A DNA stretch of 64,000 nucleotides from Minisyncoccota bacterium (GCA_041658485.1 JBBAAE010000001.1:11889-75888), one strand, 5' to 3'. Counted from the stretch's first letter, positions 1-9,679 are shown. Numbers and translations: made by a program. Notes: generated by a model not told the origin, from the letters alone.

Positions 1-302
1 AGCCATGTTACGCAAGCGACGGGCGAGGCCGGACGGGCGATTAGAAAATCGTGCCGAGAGGCTTTACCACTTAGCGAGTCTGCGAGCTTAGTGAGCTGAC
101 GCCGACTCTCTCTTAATTTGCCCCCCTTGCCTCTCTCCCCAAGGAGGCGTATAACAATCTAAATTAATAAAATAATTCCTCTAGGATATTTGTATGTCGC
201 AAGAAAAAAAACCTGATGCACTTGATAGAGCTCTGAATTGGTTAGATAAGAATGTCGGCAGGCATGTACGCCCTGTAGGACCACGCGACCCTCGAGAATA
301 AT

Positions 303-334
303 AAAAAAAACCGCCTTGTATGAGGCGGTTTTTT
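303..334. terminator. Bidirectional rho-independent terminator: CCGCCTtgtatgAGGCGG hairpin flanked by an A-run and a T-run
   Basis: Read in sequence: aaaaaaaaCCGCCttgtatgAGGCGGtttttt, immediately 3' of the minus-strand gene ending at 340. Confidence 0.65.
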
Positions 335-339
335 CTATT

Positions 340-1878
340 TCACAAATCCGTTCCTGAGTACGAAAGATTTAAACTCTTATTGCAAAGCGGAAAATCCGGC
401 ACGATGTTTCCTGGAGCAAGTTCGCCAAAGAGCGGCCAATTGCAAAACGAAGGGTCACGAATGACGAGTCGGTCAATGCGACCTTTTGCATCAAGGCGCA
501 CAAAATCCATAATTCCACCACGCCAGCTCTCCGCGAATCCGTACGCATCTCCAGTGCCATGAGAAACGGAAGCCTGCACCTTGCCTTCGGGAATCTTCGT
601 GAGCGCAAGACGGATTAATCTGAATGATTCAGTGAGTTCACGCACACGCACATTGAAGCGTGCAAAAACGTCGCCTGCTTTTTCTATAACCACAGACACT
701 TCCATATCTGCATATGCTCCATAGGGCATGTCACGACGAAGATCTATATCGATTCCAGAGGCGCGTGCACCAATACCTTGCGCGCCATATGCGAGCGCTG
801 CCTCTTTACTTAACACGCCCGTCGTTTCAAAACGTTCCTTAAGACCGTCTTTTGCATAGGCAATCTTTAACACCTCTCCTATGTCATGCTCTATACGTTT
901 AATTGTTTCTAGAATCTTCACTTCATCGTCTGCGGTTATATCGTGCGCACCGCCAAGAGTAATTGCACCACGGAGGAATCGGTGTCCAACAAGGTCGGCA
1001 TTAAGACGACGCATTTCTTCCACCATACGAAAACCTTGTGCTGCCATAAACGTAAATCCTGTACCCATACCACCCATGTTGCCTATATCAAAGATGTGAG
1101 CACACACACGCTCTAGCTCACTCCATATAACTCGCAAATACTCCGCACGCAGAGACACTGTCACATTAGAGATTTTTTCAATAGCTTGCACGAATGCGAG
1201 CGTGTGACCAACTACCATGTCGCCCGATACACGTTCAACAAACGGCAGTGCCTCTTCAGGAGTTTTCCCTTCAACAAGTTTTAGAACACCCTTATGTTTG
1301 AAAAAGAGTTTACCCTCAAGCGTAATAATGCGCTCCCCGCGTACGTTGAAACGAAAATGCCCTGGTTCAATGATACCTGCGTGAATTGGTCCTACTGGAA
1401 TCTCATACACCCCCTCACCTTCCACTTGGTGCATAGGGTACGGAACATTCGCATGAGCTAACTTTGTATTCCACTCAAAGTCTTTTCGCATAGGGTACGT
1501 GCCCTCAGGAATATTTTCATGATGCATGAGACGGCGTGGGTCAGGGTGTCCCACTGCCTCAATACCAAACTGATCCATAATTTGTCGCTCGTACCAGTTC
1601 GCTGCCATGATTGAGCGAGTCAAAGATGGATACTGTGGTTTTTCAGGTGAGAGATAGCTCTCAAGCGTAAGCAATTCTGTACCAACAGCAAAAACTGCAC
1701 GTATAGAAAACACATTACTTTTTTTACGCTCATCGAGTGCGTACATTAAAACCAAAGGCGATCCTTTCTCCACTATATCCTCTGCCGTAAGTGCAAAGTC
1801 CGACACTGGAACCTGCACTGTGCCAGAATCGCTCACATCTTCTAGACCTATTTCTTTTAAAAGTGTTTGGATATTCAT
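340..1878 (-). CDS. Fused NuoC-NuoD-like subunit / group-4 [NiFe]-hydrogenase large-subunit-like protein (HycE/HyfG-like) with incomplete Ni-ligand cysteines
   Basis: 512 aa. The N-terminal ~120 aa carry a NuoC signature (ERQIMDQFGIEAVGHPDPRRL). The rest is NuoD/large-subunit-like (GPIHAGIIEPGHFRF...GKLFFKHKG). The N-terminal RxCGxC position reads RVCAHI (one Cys only). The C-terminal DPCxxC position reads DPSFCN (one Cys only). Confidence 0.75.
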   Translation of the reverse strand: MNIQTLLKEIGLEDVSDSGTVQVPVSDFALTAEDIVEKGSPLVLMYALDERKKSNVFSIRAVFAVGTELLTLESYLSPEKPQYPSLTRSIMAANWYERQIMDQFGIEAVGHPDPRRLMHHENIPEGTYPMRKDFEWNTKLAHANVPYPMHQVEGEGVYEIPVGPIHAGIIEPGHFRFNVRGERIITLEGKLFFKHKGVLKLVEGKTPEEALPFVERVSGDMVVGHTLAFVQAIEKISNVTVSLRAEYLRVIWSELERVCAHIFDIGNMGGMGTGFTFMAAQGFRMVEEMRRLNADLVGHRFLRGAITLGGAHDITADDEVKILETIKRIEHDIGEVLKIAYAKDGLKERFETTGVLSKEAALAYGAQGIGARASGIDIDLRRDMPYGAYADMEVSVVIEKAGDVFARFNVRVRELTESFRLIRLALTKIPEGKVQASVSHGTGDAYGFAESWRGGIMDFVRLDAKGRIDRLVIRDPSFCNWPLFGELAPGNIVPDFPLCNKSLNLSYSGTDL

Positions 1879-1885
1879 ATGTATT

Positions 1886-3358
1886 TTATGAAATGGCCGT
1901 GATTATACGTTCAAGGATTGGCGATGCCATAGGTGTCATAAGAAACACACTAAATGCGACCAACAAAATAAGGTGAAGGGCTATAGCGGTATGCGACCAT
2001 CCCCATTTTTCACCCACCGTAACTTCACTCTTTGGTGAAACAGGTGCGGACGAAAAAAGAAACGGAATGATGAGGCGTATGAATCCTGCAAAAATAATAG
2101 CGAGTGCAAGAAGTACTATTGTTGCAAATATCGGATGTAGTACAACGCTTTGCGATATCAGAAGTAGTTCACTTCCAAAAAGTGGCGATGGTGGAATAGC
2201 GAGGAGCATCAAAATCAAGGTAAGAAACAGTGCCCCCGTGTACGGTAGTGTACGCATGACCTGCCCTACTCGATCAAACTTCGTACTCTTGAAACGAAGC
2301 AATATATTGCCTGCGCCAAAAAACAACGCGGACTTTGCGAGTGCATGTCCAACAATATGAATGACTGATGCAACAGCACCCACAGTCCCGAGTCCAGCAG
2401 AAAATACGATGAGTCCCATGTGCTCAATCGAAGAATACGCAAGGAGACGCTTATAGTCTGCCTGGAGCAAAATGAACGCCGCAGGAATAATGCATGAAAG
2501 CATGCCGAAAACCAAGAAGAGCTCACTCGTCCAAACACTTGAAGCAAGTGAACCGTCTACTAACACCCGAAAGCGCAATATTCCAAACAACGCAGCATTG
2601 AGAAGAATACCTGAGAGCATGCCTGAAATCGGTGAGGGAGCCCTACTGTGCGCATCGGGTAGCCATGCATGCATTGGCACCAAACCCACCTTCGTTCCAT
2701 ACCCAATAAGAATGAACACAAACGCTATTTGCATCAAGTGTGGTGGAAGCGAAGGAGCGACAGTAAGCAAATTCGTCCAACTGATTGCTCCGAGTCCATG
2801 CAAAAGACCAGAAGATGACGCTGCGTAGTAGGTGAGGAATAATCCAATGAGTCCAAGCGAAATTCCTGTTGAGCAAAGAATGAGATATTTCCATGCTGCT
2901 TCAAGTGAGCCTTTATGAGCATAGAACGCAACGAGGAGTGTTGTAGTCAGTGTTGTTGCTTCAAGCGCAATCCACATAAAACCAAGATTGTTTGAAACAA
3001 TAGTGAGAAGCATTGAGCACACAAAGAGACCAACAAAAAAGAAGTAACGACGCACTGCGGGCAATGCTATCTCCCCTGTTCGCACTTCTTCTCCTAGGTA
3101 GTGAATACTCGTTATGGTTGCTGTCCATTGAATGAACCCAATGAGAAGCACCATGAGTGCTGCAAATGTATCAAGATACCAGTACCCATTTTCAAATGAC
3201 GGTGCGCCAAAAAATAGCGGGATGGCAGTATAGAGACTTAACGCAAACACACCAGAACTTGCCAAAAATGCTGCGCCAAAAATAAACCGCAAACCACGCA
3301 TAAAAAATGGCACGGTGGCGAGAACTAAACATGAGACAAGTAGTAGTGAGATAGCCAT
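1886..3358 (-). CDS. NuoM/NuoN (Mrp antiporter)-like membrane subunit, HyfF/MbhH-like
   Basis: 490-aa polytopic membrane protein with the NuoL/M/N family motif WLPDAHSRAPSPISGMLSG. Confidence 0.7.
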   Translation of the reverse strand: MAISLLLVSCLVLATVPFFMRGLRFIFGAAFLASSGVFALSLYTAIPLFFGAPSFENGYWYLDTFAALMVLLIGFIQWTATITSIHYLGEEVRTGEIALPAVRRYFFFVGLFVCSMLLTIVSNNLGFMWIALEATTLTTTLLVAFYAHKGSLEAAWKYLILCSTGISLGLIGLFLTYYAASSSGLLHGLGAISWTNLLTVAPSLPPHLMQIAFVFILIGYGTKVGLVPMHAWLPDAHSRAPSPISGMLSGILLNAALFGILRFRVLVDGSLASSVWTSELFLVFGMLSCIIPAAFILLQADYKRLLAYSSIEHMGLIVFSAGLGTVGAVASVIHIVGHALAKSALFFGAGNILLRFKSTKFDRVGQVMRTLPYTGALFLTLILMLLAIPPSPLFGSELLLISQSVVLHPIFATIVLLALAIIFAGFIRLIIPFLFSSAPVSPKSEVTVGEKWGWSHTAIALHLILLVAFSVFLMTPMASPILERIITAIS

Positions 3359-3363
3359 AAAAA

Positions 3364-4011
3364 TTAATCAGTTAAGGTTCGCAAATCATCAGTCGCCACC
3401 GACGCATTCTCATCTTGCGCACGGTGCGTGAACACAGTGATAAGAATAAAAAATGCTAAGAGGTCAAAAAACGATCCAATTTCAAAAAGAAACGGCATGC
3501 CGTGCGTGAGCGCCAACCCGAATGTGAAGATGCCATTCTCCATAACAAAGAATCCAATTCCTTCCCCAAACATATCTTTTCGCGAAACCAACATAAGAAG
3601 GCCGACGAGCACAATGCCAAATGATGCAGCGAGCACAAAGTAATCAGCACCAACGGGCAATAACCCACGTGCTCCGATCAGAGCAACAATAGCCAGACAC
3701 GCCGCAACGAAAGAAAGTGTTGCGGGACGTGCATATGATTGCAGGCGCTCAGATGCTCCACTCACACGCGCCGCACGAAGCAAAAACGAAGGAATAAACC
3801 AAACTTTAATAAGAACAATAAGACCTGCAACAATAAAAAGTTGGAATTCCCCCGTTACAAATGCTGCAGCAATAGCGAGGAGTGCAAGAAGCGCTGACTG
3901 TACTCGAAATGCAGTTACCAAAGACCCCAAGCGCATGCGACTACTCATAAGAAACGCTAGGAAAAACATTCCTCCAGCAAACACTGTCATGGCAGTTGCG
4001 ATTGGTGTCAT
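3364..4011 (-). CDS. Small polytopic membrane subunit, HyfE-like (hydrogenase-4 component E-like)
   Basis: 215 aa, about six hydrophobic helices, sits between the NuoH-like and NuoN-like genes as hyfE does in hyf operons. Assigned by size and context only. Confidence 0.4.
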   Translation of the reverse strand: MTPIATAMTVFAGGMFFLAFLMSSRMRLGSLVTAFRVQSALLALLAIAAAFVTGEFQLFIVAGLIVLIKVWFIPSFLLRAARVSGASERLQSYARPATLSFVAACLAIVALIGARGLLPVGADYFVLAASFGIVLVGLLMLVSRKDMFGEGIGFFVMENGIFTFGLALTHGMPFLFEIGSFFDLLAFFILITVFTHRAQDENASVATDDLRTLTD

Positions 4012-4012
4012 A

Positions 4013-4993
4013 TTAGTGATAGAGGACGATTAACTCAACGGCAAGTCCGAGGAGCGCAATAAAGAATGCGAGCATCATATACTCCTGCATCCGATAAAAA
4101 CGCATCTTCACAATCACTGATTCTATAAAAGCAATTGCAAAAGCCCCGAGTGCAAGTTTTCCGAAAAATGCAATTAGTGCGACCCCAAGCCCAAAGAATG
4201 TAACCGGTGGAGCACTAATCCCAAATGGAATGAGGATACCCATACACACCGCCAAGAGCGCGGTTAACTTTATTGCTGATGCATACTCGAGCATTGCAAG
4301 ATATGTTCCTGAATACTCTAAGATCATAGCTTCGTGCACCATGGTGAGCTCAAGATGTGTCGCGGGATTATCTACTGGGTAGCGTGCATTTTCGGCAAGC
4401 AACACAAATAAAAATCCAATGAGCGTGACGATGACAGGAGGAACAGCGACCAACCACGGCAGTGATGTGAAGTGTCCAATAATGCCTCCCATGCCCCATG
4501 CGCCCGTAGCAAGTGCAAGGGTTGCAAGCGATACATAGAATGCTGGCTCAACGAGAGCAGCGAGCGTCATCTCACGGCTCGAACCCATGTTGCCAAACGT
4601 ACTTCCCGTATCCATACCTCCAAGCACCAAAAATACTGAACCAAGCGCCACTACTGCACCAAAAAGAAAAATATTATCGAGCGAACTTGGCACAATTCCA
4701 AAAAAGAGTGAGGGTACGACGAGAGCAAGGAAGAATGCACTTCCCAAGACCACAAATGGAACTACGCGAAATACCCATGAACTATGTTTTGTAATCGTCA
4801 TCTCTTTTCGGAGGAGCGAAAGCATTGAGACATAGGGCAAAAATATCGATGGTCCTTGGCGATTTTGAAAACGAGCTTTCAACGTGCGAACCATTCCCAC
4901 GACTAACGGTGCGGAAAGAAGTACCACGAGAGCTTGAAATGTAATAAGAAGGTACGTCATAGAGTAGTAGCGAGAGTGAGCACCAGTGCGCAA
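4013..4993 (-). CDS. NuoH/HycD-family membrane subunit
   Basis: KARFQNRQGPSIFLPYVSMLSLLRKE matches the NuoH/HycD signature (Q.R.GP....G.lQ..aD..KLl.KE). Polytopic. The true start is probably the internal Met (MTYLLITF), since the ORF overlaps the upstream gene by 37 nt. Confidence 0.7.
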   Translation of the reverse strand: MRTGAHSRYYSMTYLLITFQALVVLLSAPLVVGMVRTLKARFQNRQGPSIFLPYVSMLSLLRKEMTITKHSSWVFRVVPFVVLGSAFFLALVVPSLFFGIVPSSLDNIFLFGAVVALGSVFLVLGGMDTGSTFGNMGSSREMTLAALVEPAFYVSLATLALATGAWGMGGIIGHFTSLPWLVAVPPVIVTLIGFLFVLLAENARYPVDNPATHLELTMVHEAMILEYSGTYLAMLEYASAIKLTALLAVCMGILIPFGISAPPVTFFGLGVALIAFFGKLALGAFAIAFIESVIVKMRFYRMQEYMMLAFFIALLGLAVELIVLYH

Positions 4994-6963
4994 ATAACTA
5001 GAAGGAGGTACAACTGAATAACGCCATTCTGGAGTTTTTTAACCGCATGTGAAACAGCAAAGACCGCAATACCAATCGGGCGATAGAGCCAATACTCAAA
5101 AAAGGATTGAATGCTCCACACAAGACGCCGACGCACAATCCAGGGATTACTCATTGAAATAGGCTCAATGATTAATTCTTTCTCCGACATGAGAATTGAT
5201 TTGAAGAAAAATCTAATCGGCGCTGAAAAACCAGTTGCAGTGTACTGCATCCGAGGAGTTATAGGTTGCCCACAATCCCACGTATCCGTGATGCGGGCAG
5301 GATTTCTGTTAGAAAGAAATCGACGAAATACCATGAGAAGCACCCCAATAGAGAGAACACTCAAAAGCACCCACCATGCGTTCATAGAAGCTCCACCTAA
5401 AACTGCAACATCTCCAAAAAGTGTCATACCTTCCGTGAAGGCATTCGGCGCACTGAGGATCGGGAACAAAAACAATCCTGCAGTGATTGAAAGAAGTACG
5501 GAAGATAGTGGCGGAAGCCAAAGCAGTATCGGCATTGGGGACACCTGCTCTGCGTGGGTCGTGCGTGCTCGTCCAAGAAAGATTGCACTAAACATGCGGA
5601 CATATGCAAAAAGCGCGAGCCCGCCAACCAAAGCAAGGAGAGCGAGTATCAGTGCAAAACTTCCTCCAAAAAGAGCGGAAACAGTCATACCGCTTGCAAG
5701 CGTCTGAAAATATGTCCACTCACCAAAAAAGGTACCGAATGGGGGCAACGCAGCAGCTGCAAGAGAAAGTGCAAGAAATATTCCTGCAAAAATTGGCCAA
5801 CGCTGTGCAAGACCCCCTAGCTCGTCGAGATTTCGTGTATGTGTTTTTGATGCCACAGCACCAACTGCCATGAATAGCCCTGTCTTGAAAATAAAATGGT
5901 TCACGGTATGAAGAATTATGAAAAGAGCAATGGATGGTGCAATTGCGGAAACAGCACTATCTGGAGATCCGTGTACAAGGAGGTATATTCCAACAGCAGA
6001 AAAGATGAGCCCCATATTTTCTATACTGCTCCATGCAAGGACGCGCTTTGCGTCATTCTCAACTGCAGCGCGAAGCGCACCAAAAAATGCTGAGAGAAGG
6101 CCAATACCAATAACGAGGAATGCTGAGAAAGACGGAACAAATGGGAATAGTGCTACTCCTTGAATGAAACCAAAGAGTGCCACTTTAAGCATGACACCAG
6201 AGAGAAGCGCGGAGCTTCCACTTGGTGCTTGTGGGTGCGCATAGGGCAACCACTGATGAAGTGGCACTAAACCTGCTTTCGAACCAAACCCCGCGAAGAG
6301 AAGCACAAATGCAACAGAGATGGCGAGTGGTGTGGCACTAAGAGCAGAGAGTGCAACATCATGCCACGACGCAAAAAGATTACCTCCTGCAAGAAGAAGA
6401 AGCCCTGCTGCAATACAAGCAAACCCAATGTGAGTCATCACAAAGTAGAGCCATCCTGCACGGAGTGACTCATCACTCCTATCTGCGATAACCAAGAAAT
6501 ATGCGGAGACTGACATAATTTCCCAAGCCATCAGGAAAGTAAAAAGCGATGGGGAAAGGATCGTTGCTTGCATCCCTACAATAAAAAATGCCGAGGCAAC
6601 ATTGAGCGTTGGCAACACGTACACATCCTTATATGGTGGCAAGCTCTGAATCGCATAGAGCGAGGTTAGAAGGACGCCTCCGTACACCAGCATAAGGAAA
6701 AACACCTGCATTGAGTTAAGTGCAATGTTCACCAACCCAAAGAACGTAGCATTGAAAGACGCACTATTCCCTATTCCTAAAAGAGCAAAAAAATAACTGC
6801 CAGCAATCAGGCCAGCAAAACCCGACAAAATAAATATCGATTGCACCAGCGTGTTGTTCCAAGAAAAACGGCGGGTCAGAAGAGAAAGAACTACCCCTAC
6901 AAGTGGGAGCACGAATGCTACAGCAAAAAGACAGTCGATAGTGAAGGAGGACATAAGGTGCAT
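4957..6963 (-). CDS. NuoL/HyfB-like large antiporter-type membrane subunit
   Basis: 668 aa (E. coli HyfB is 672), polytopic, with the NuoL-family motif WLPYAHPQAPSGSSALLSG. Confidence 0.75.
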   Translation of the reverse strand: MHLMSSFTIDCLFAVAFVLPLVGVVLSLLTRRFSWNNTLVQSIFILSGFAGLIAGSYFFALLGIGNSASFNATFFGLVNIALNSMQVFFLMLVYGGVLLTSLYAIQSLPPYKDVYVLPTLNVASAFFIVGMQATILSPSLFTFLMAWEIMSVSAYFLVIADRSDESLRAGWLYFVMTHIGFACIAAGLLLLAGGNLFASWHDVALSALSATPLAISVAFVLLFAGFGSKAGLVPLHQWLPYAHPQAPSGSSALLSGVMLKVALFGFIQGVALFPFVPSFSAFLVIGIGLLSAFFGALRAAVENDAKRVLAWSSIENMGLIFSAVGIYLLVHGSPDSAVSAIAPSIALFIILHTVNHFIFKTGLFMAVGAVASKTHTRNLDELGGLAQRWPIFAGIFLALSLAAAALPPFGTFFGEWTYFQTLASGMTVSALFGGSFALILALLALVGGLALFAYVRMFSAIFLGRARTTHAEQVSPMPILLWLPPLSSVLLSITAGLFLFPILSAPNAFTEGMTLFGDVAVLGGASMNAWWVLLSVLSIGVLLMVFRRFLSNRNPARITDTWDCGQPITPRMQYTATGFSAPIRFFFKSILMSEKELIIEPISMSNPWIVRRRLVWSIQSFFEYWLYRPIGIAVFAVSHAVKKLQNGVIQLYLLLVICALVLTLATTL

Positions 6964-7481
6964 TACTTGCGGGTAGTGGTAACTATACTCAAGAGCCCTC
7001 TTAAGACATCCTCTGGTGTTGGCGGATCACCGGGAATTCGAGCATCAACTGGAATAACATTTTCTACTGCCCCCACTCCCGCATAGGAATCCTTCCAAAT
7101 TCCGCCCGTGCATGCTCCGTCACCGAGAGCAATAACAATTTTTGGCTCTGGCGTCATCTCGTAGGCGGTCTTCAGTGCATGCTCCATGTTGCGAGTAACA
7201 GGACCTGAAACAGTGATTACGTCAGCATGACGGGGAGATGCCACAAATGAGATTCCGAAACGCTCAATGTCGTACAAGGCGTTACCCAGAGCAGTTAGTT
7301 CATACTCTTCACCGTTCGTGGAACCCGCATCAACATGCCGTATGCGTAGCGTTCGACCTCCATATAAAGTATGAATAGCCCTCTTCAGATTCTCACCGAT
7401 CTCCTCAACGTGAGTTGGAATTTGAGGACATTTTTCAGTTCTCTTCCCTGTGGTAATTATTTTAGAAAGAAGACGCAACAT
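6963..7481 (-). CDS. NuoB / hydrogenase small-subunit-like protein with degenerate Fe-S ligands
   Basis: 172 aa with NuoB/HycG-like blocks. GSTNGEEYEL replaces GSCNGC..E (both Cys lost). IPGDPP replaces the conserved IPGCPP (Cys to Asp). Only ALGDGACTGG keeps one Cys, so 1 of 4 canonical cluster ligands remains. Confidence 0.75.
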   Translation of the reverse strand: MLRLLSKIITTGKRTEKCPQIPTHVEEIGENLKRAIHTLYGGRTLRIRHVDAGSTNGEEYELTALGNALYDIERFGISFVASPRHADVITVSGPVTRNMEHALKTAYEMTPEPKIVIALGDGACTGGIWKDSYAGVGAVENVIPVDARIPGDPPTPEDVLRGLLSIVTTTRK

Positions 7482-7669
7482 ATTGTGGAAATGTGGCTTA
7501 CTATATTCCTCTTCACTTTAGATGTCCAGAAAGCAACAGAGTAAATAGTGAACCCATCTAGCTCATTGTTTCTTAAAATAAACCACCACACTGTTGTAAA
7601 AATTTCTTGCTTCTTACCATAAAGAGGCGTATAACTTTACAAAATAATCTAACAGAAATATTTACAAAT

Positions 7670-8434
7670 ATGGCTAGGCACGAAGGGGGTCCACGAGACC
7701 CTATGAATTTTGAAGAGGCGGAAGAATATGTTCGTCGAAATGGTGAGGTACTACCCATACCCAAACTACTTGGACCAGATCACATACACTGCATAGATAG
7801 CCGGCGAACAAAAAAAGGAATTGGATACCCGGGAGGCATGCTGGGACTTACCACGACCCTCTTTTCAGGGGTACATGCGGATGCGCACGAGCATGTTGGC
7901 GGATTCAAGGGGTTTGCTCAATTTCTTGAAGGATTATTTGGTGGAATGAGTGCTCACACCGACGATGAACATGAACATGATCCTTCTGGGTGTAGAGGGT
8001 GTGGACACATGCAATCTCTTATGAATAATCACGGTGCATACGGATTCGGATCAGAACACGCTGAGGAAGTCCACTCATATTCAAAAGGCCTGAAAACTCG
8101 GTGGAGAGAAGGTACTCCTGGTTTCAGTATTTTTCAGTACGGAGGAAAAGCAAACCCACGTGCAGTTATGCATGTAGACGACCCACGGGATGGGCACTAT
8201 ATATCTCTCCCCCCTAACGATGGAACGAATCAGGTATTTGTTCACAATAGAGGTGCCAATCACAGCATATTAGGCGATGCGGTGCATTTTATTTTGGGCG
8301 GACTTGGTGACGTATTTAAAAGCCACCCAAGAGATATCTATGATGACCATATTGCGTTAACGATAGATAAACTAGCTTCCGATTTACCCCATTTCACAGT
8401 AGGACATGACGGGAATAAAATTACAGTTAACTAA
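7670..8434 (+). CDS. Hypothetical His-rich protein, possible metal-binding
   Basis: The track ORF runs 7607-8434; the likely start is the Met at about 7670 (MARHEGGPRDP...). It contains HADAHEHVGG, HTDDEHEHDPSGCRGCGHM and HAHVH-like clusters. No recognisable family. Divergent from the Ehr-like operon. Confidence 0.5.
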   Translation: MARHEGGPRDPMNFEEAEEYVRRNGEVLPIPKLLGPDHIHCIDSRRTKKGIGYPGGMLGLTTTLFSGVHADAHEHVGGFKGFAQFLEGLFGGMSAHTDDEHEHDPSGCRGCGHMQSLMNNHGAYGFGSEHAEEVHSYSKGLKTRWREGTPGFSIFQYGGKANPRAVMHVDDPRDGHYISLPPNDGTNQVFVHNRGANHSILGDAVHFILGGLGDVFKSHPRDIYDDHIALTIDKLASDLPHFTVGHDGNKITVN

Positions 8435-8531
8435 AAATAACATCTCATAAAAACCAGAAAAATATAGGAGAAAGCACCTATAAACACTTGTAAAGGCGCC
8501 ATTATCAGGCTATCATTCTCCATACAAAACC

Positions 8532-9065
8532 TTGGCTACTCTAAAAACACGTATTAATGCGCAAATACGCGCACCCGAACTTCGGGTCATAGGTCCTAAT
8601 GGCGAAAACGTCGGCGTTATTACGCTCGTTGAAGCTATGGCGCAAGCAAAAGCTGTAGAGTTGGACTTAATAGAGGTTTCTCCAAATGCGACCCCACCAG
8701 TTGCGAAAATAATGGATTATGGTAAATTTCAATACGAGCAACAGAAAAAAGACCGAGAAATAAGGGCTAAATCGCACATTACAGAGACAAAAGCAGTCCA
8801 AGTTGAGGTAGGTACCGGAGAAAACGATCTTCTCCGAAAAGCTCGCCAAGCAGCTGGATGGCTCAAAGAAGGACATCGGGTACGAGTGGAACTCTTCCTT
8901 AAGGGACGCTACAAGTACATGGATCCGGCATTTCTCAAGGAAAGATTGAAGCGTTTCGTGCTTTTGGTTCCCGAGGATTACCGTATCGCTGAGGACATAC
9001 AGAAAGGTCCAAAAGGATTCAATATGATCCTAGAAAAGGCCGGAAAACAGAAGCCTGCAAAATAA
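8532..9065 (+). CDS. infC: Translation initiation factor IF-3
   Basis: Clear IF-3 homology (ELRVIGPNGENVGVITLVEAMAQAKAVELDLIEVSPNATPPVAKIMDYGKF). Uses a TTG start at 8532, in line with the non-AUG starts typical of infC. Confidence 0.9.
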   Translation: MATLKTRINAQIRAPELRVIGPNGENVGVITLVEAMAQAKAVELDLIEVSPNATPPVAKIMDYGKFQYEQQKKDREIRAKSHITETKAVQVEVGTGENDLLRKARQAAGWLKEGHRVRVELFLKGRYKYMDPAFLKERLKRFVLLVPEDYRIAEDIQKGPKGFNMILEKAGKQKPAK

Positions 9066-9069
9066 TAAA

Positions 9070-9261
9070 ATGAAAACGAACAAATCATACACAAAGCGTC
9101 TCCGCGTAACTCGCAACGGTAAGATTGTTGCACGCAAGGGCGGACAAGACCATTTCAATTCTCGTGACAGCCGAAAGACTCGCACCGTGAAAGCTCGTGC
9201 GAAAGCTGTAGAAATGAGTCCTGCGATGCGCGCTCGATTCCTTCCAGGAAACGGCAAGTAA
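9070..9261 (+). CDS. rpmI: 50S ribosomal protein L35
   Basis: 63 aa, basic, MKTNKSYTKRLRVTRNGKIVARKGG..., downstream of infC as in the canonical infC-rpmI-rplT operon. Confidence 0.9.
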   Translation: MKTNKSYTKRLRVTRNGKIVARKGGQDHFNSRDSRKTRTVKARAKAVEMSPAMRARFLPGNGK

Positions 9262-9297
9262 ATTTTTCCAAACACTAAATACTAATCACTAATCCAT

Positions 9298-9645
9298 ATG
9301 TCTAGAGTAAAAGGAGGACCAAAGGCGATGAAGCGCCGTCGCAATATATTGAAAGCCGCAAAAGGCTATCGTTTTGGACGTTCAACAAAAACGAAGCAAG
9401 CGCTCGAGGCCTTGAAGCACGCCGGTAAGTACGCATTCCGTGACCGTAGAGCTAAGAAAAGAACGATGCGAGGACTCGCCATTGTACGTATCAATGCAGC
9501 ACTCCGTGAGCGAGGTTTCAAGAACTACAGCACCTTCATGGGCGCAGTAAAGAAAGCAAATATCGAACTCGACCGTAAAGTACTTTCCGAAATTGCAGCA
9601 GAATATCCTGAGGCATTCGACAGACTTTTGAAGATAGCTGTCTAA
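9298..9645 (+). CDS. rplT: 50S ribosomal protein L20
   Basis: 115 aa, MSRVKGGPKAMKRRRNILKAAKGYRFGRS...RDRRAKKRTMRGLAIVRINAALRERG. Confidence 0.92.
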   Translation: MSRVKGGPKAMKRRRNILKAAKGYRFGRSTKTKQALEALKHAGKYAFRDRRAKKRTMRGLAIVRINAALRERGFKNYSTFMGAVKKANIELDRKVLSEIAAEYPEAFDRLLKIAV

Positions 9646-9677
9646 TAAAAAATCCCCGCAAATGCGGGGATTTTTTA
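9646..9677. terminator. Bidirectional rho-independent terminator
   Basis: aaaaaaTCCCCGCaaatGCGGGGAtttttt directly after the rplT stop. Confidence 0.7.
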
Positions 9678-9679
9678 TT

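Noticed and set aside
340-1878. Calling the large subunit a bona fide [NiFe] hydrogenase (HycE/HyfG)
   Set aside because: Both Ni-binding CxxC pairs are incomplete (RVCAHI and DPSFCN), and the partner small subunit lacks the Fe-S ligands, so catalytic hydrogenase function is not supported by the sequence.
5111-5707. 198-aa plus-strand ORF and other antisense ORFs inside the hydrogenase-like membrane-subunit genes
   Set aside because: They are antisense to a long ORF with clear NuoL-family motifs. Their composition is Arg/Ser-rich, typical of a wrong-frame read.
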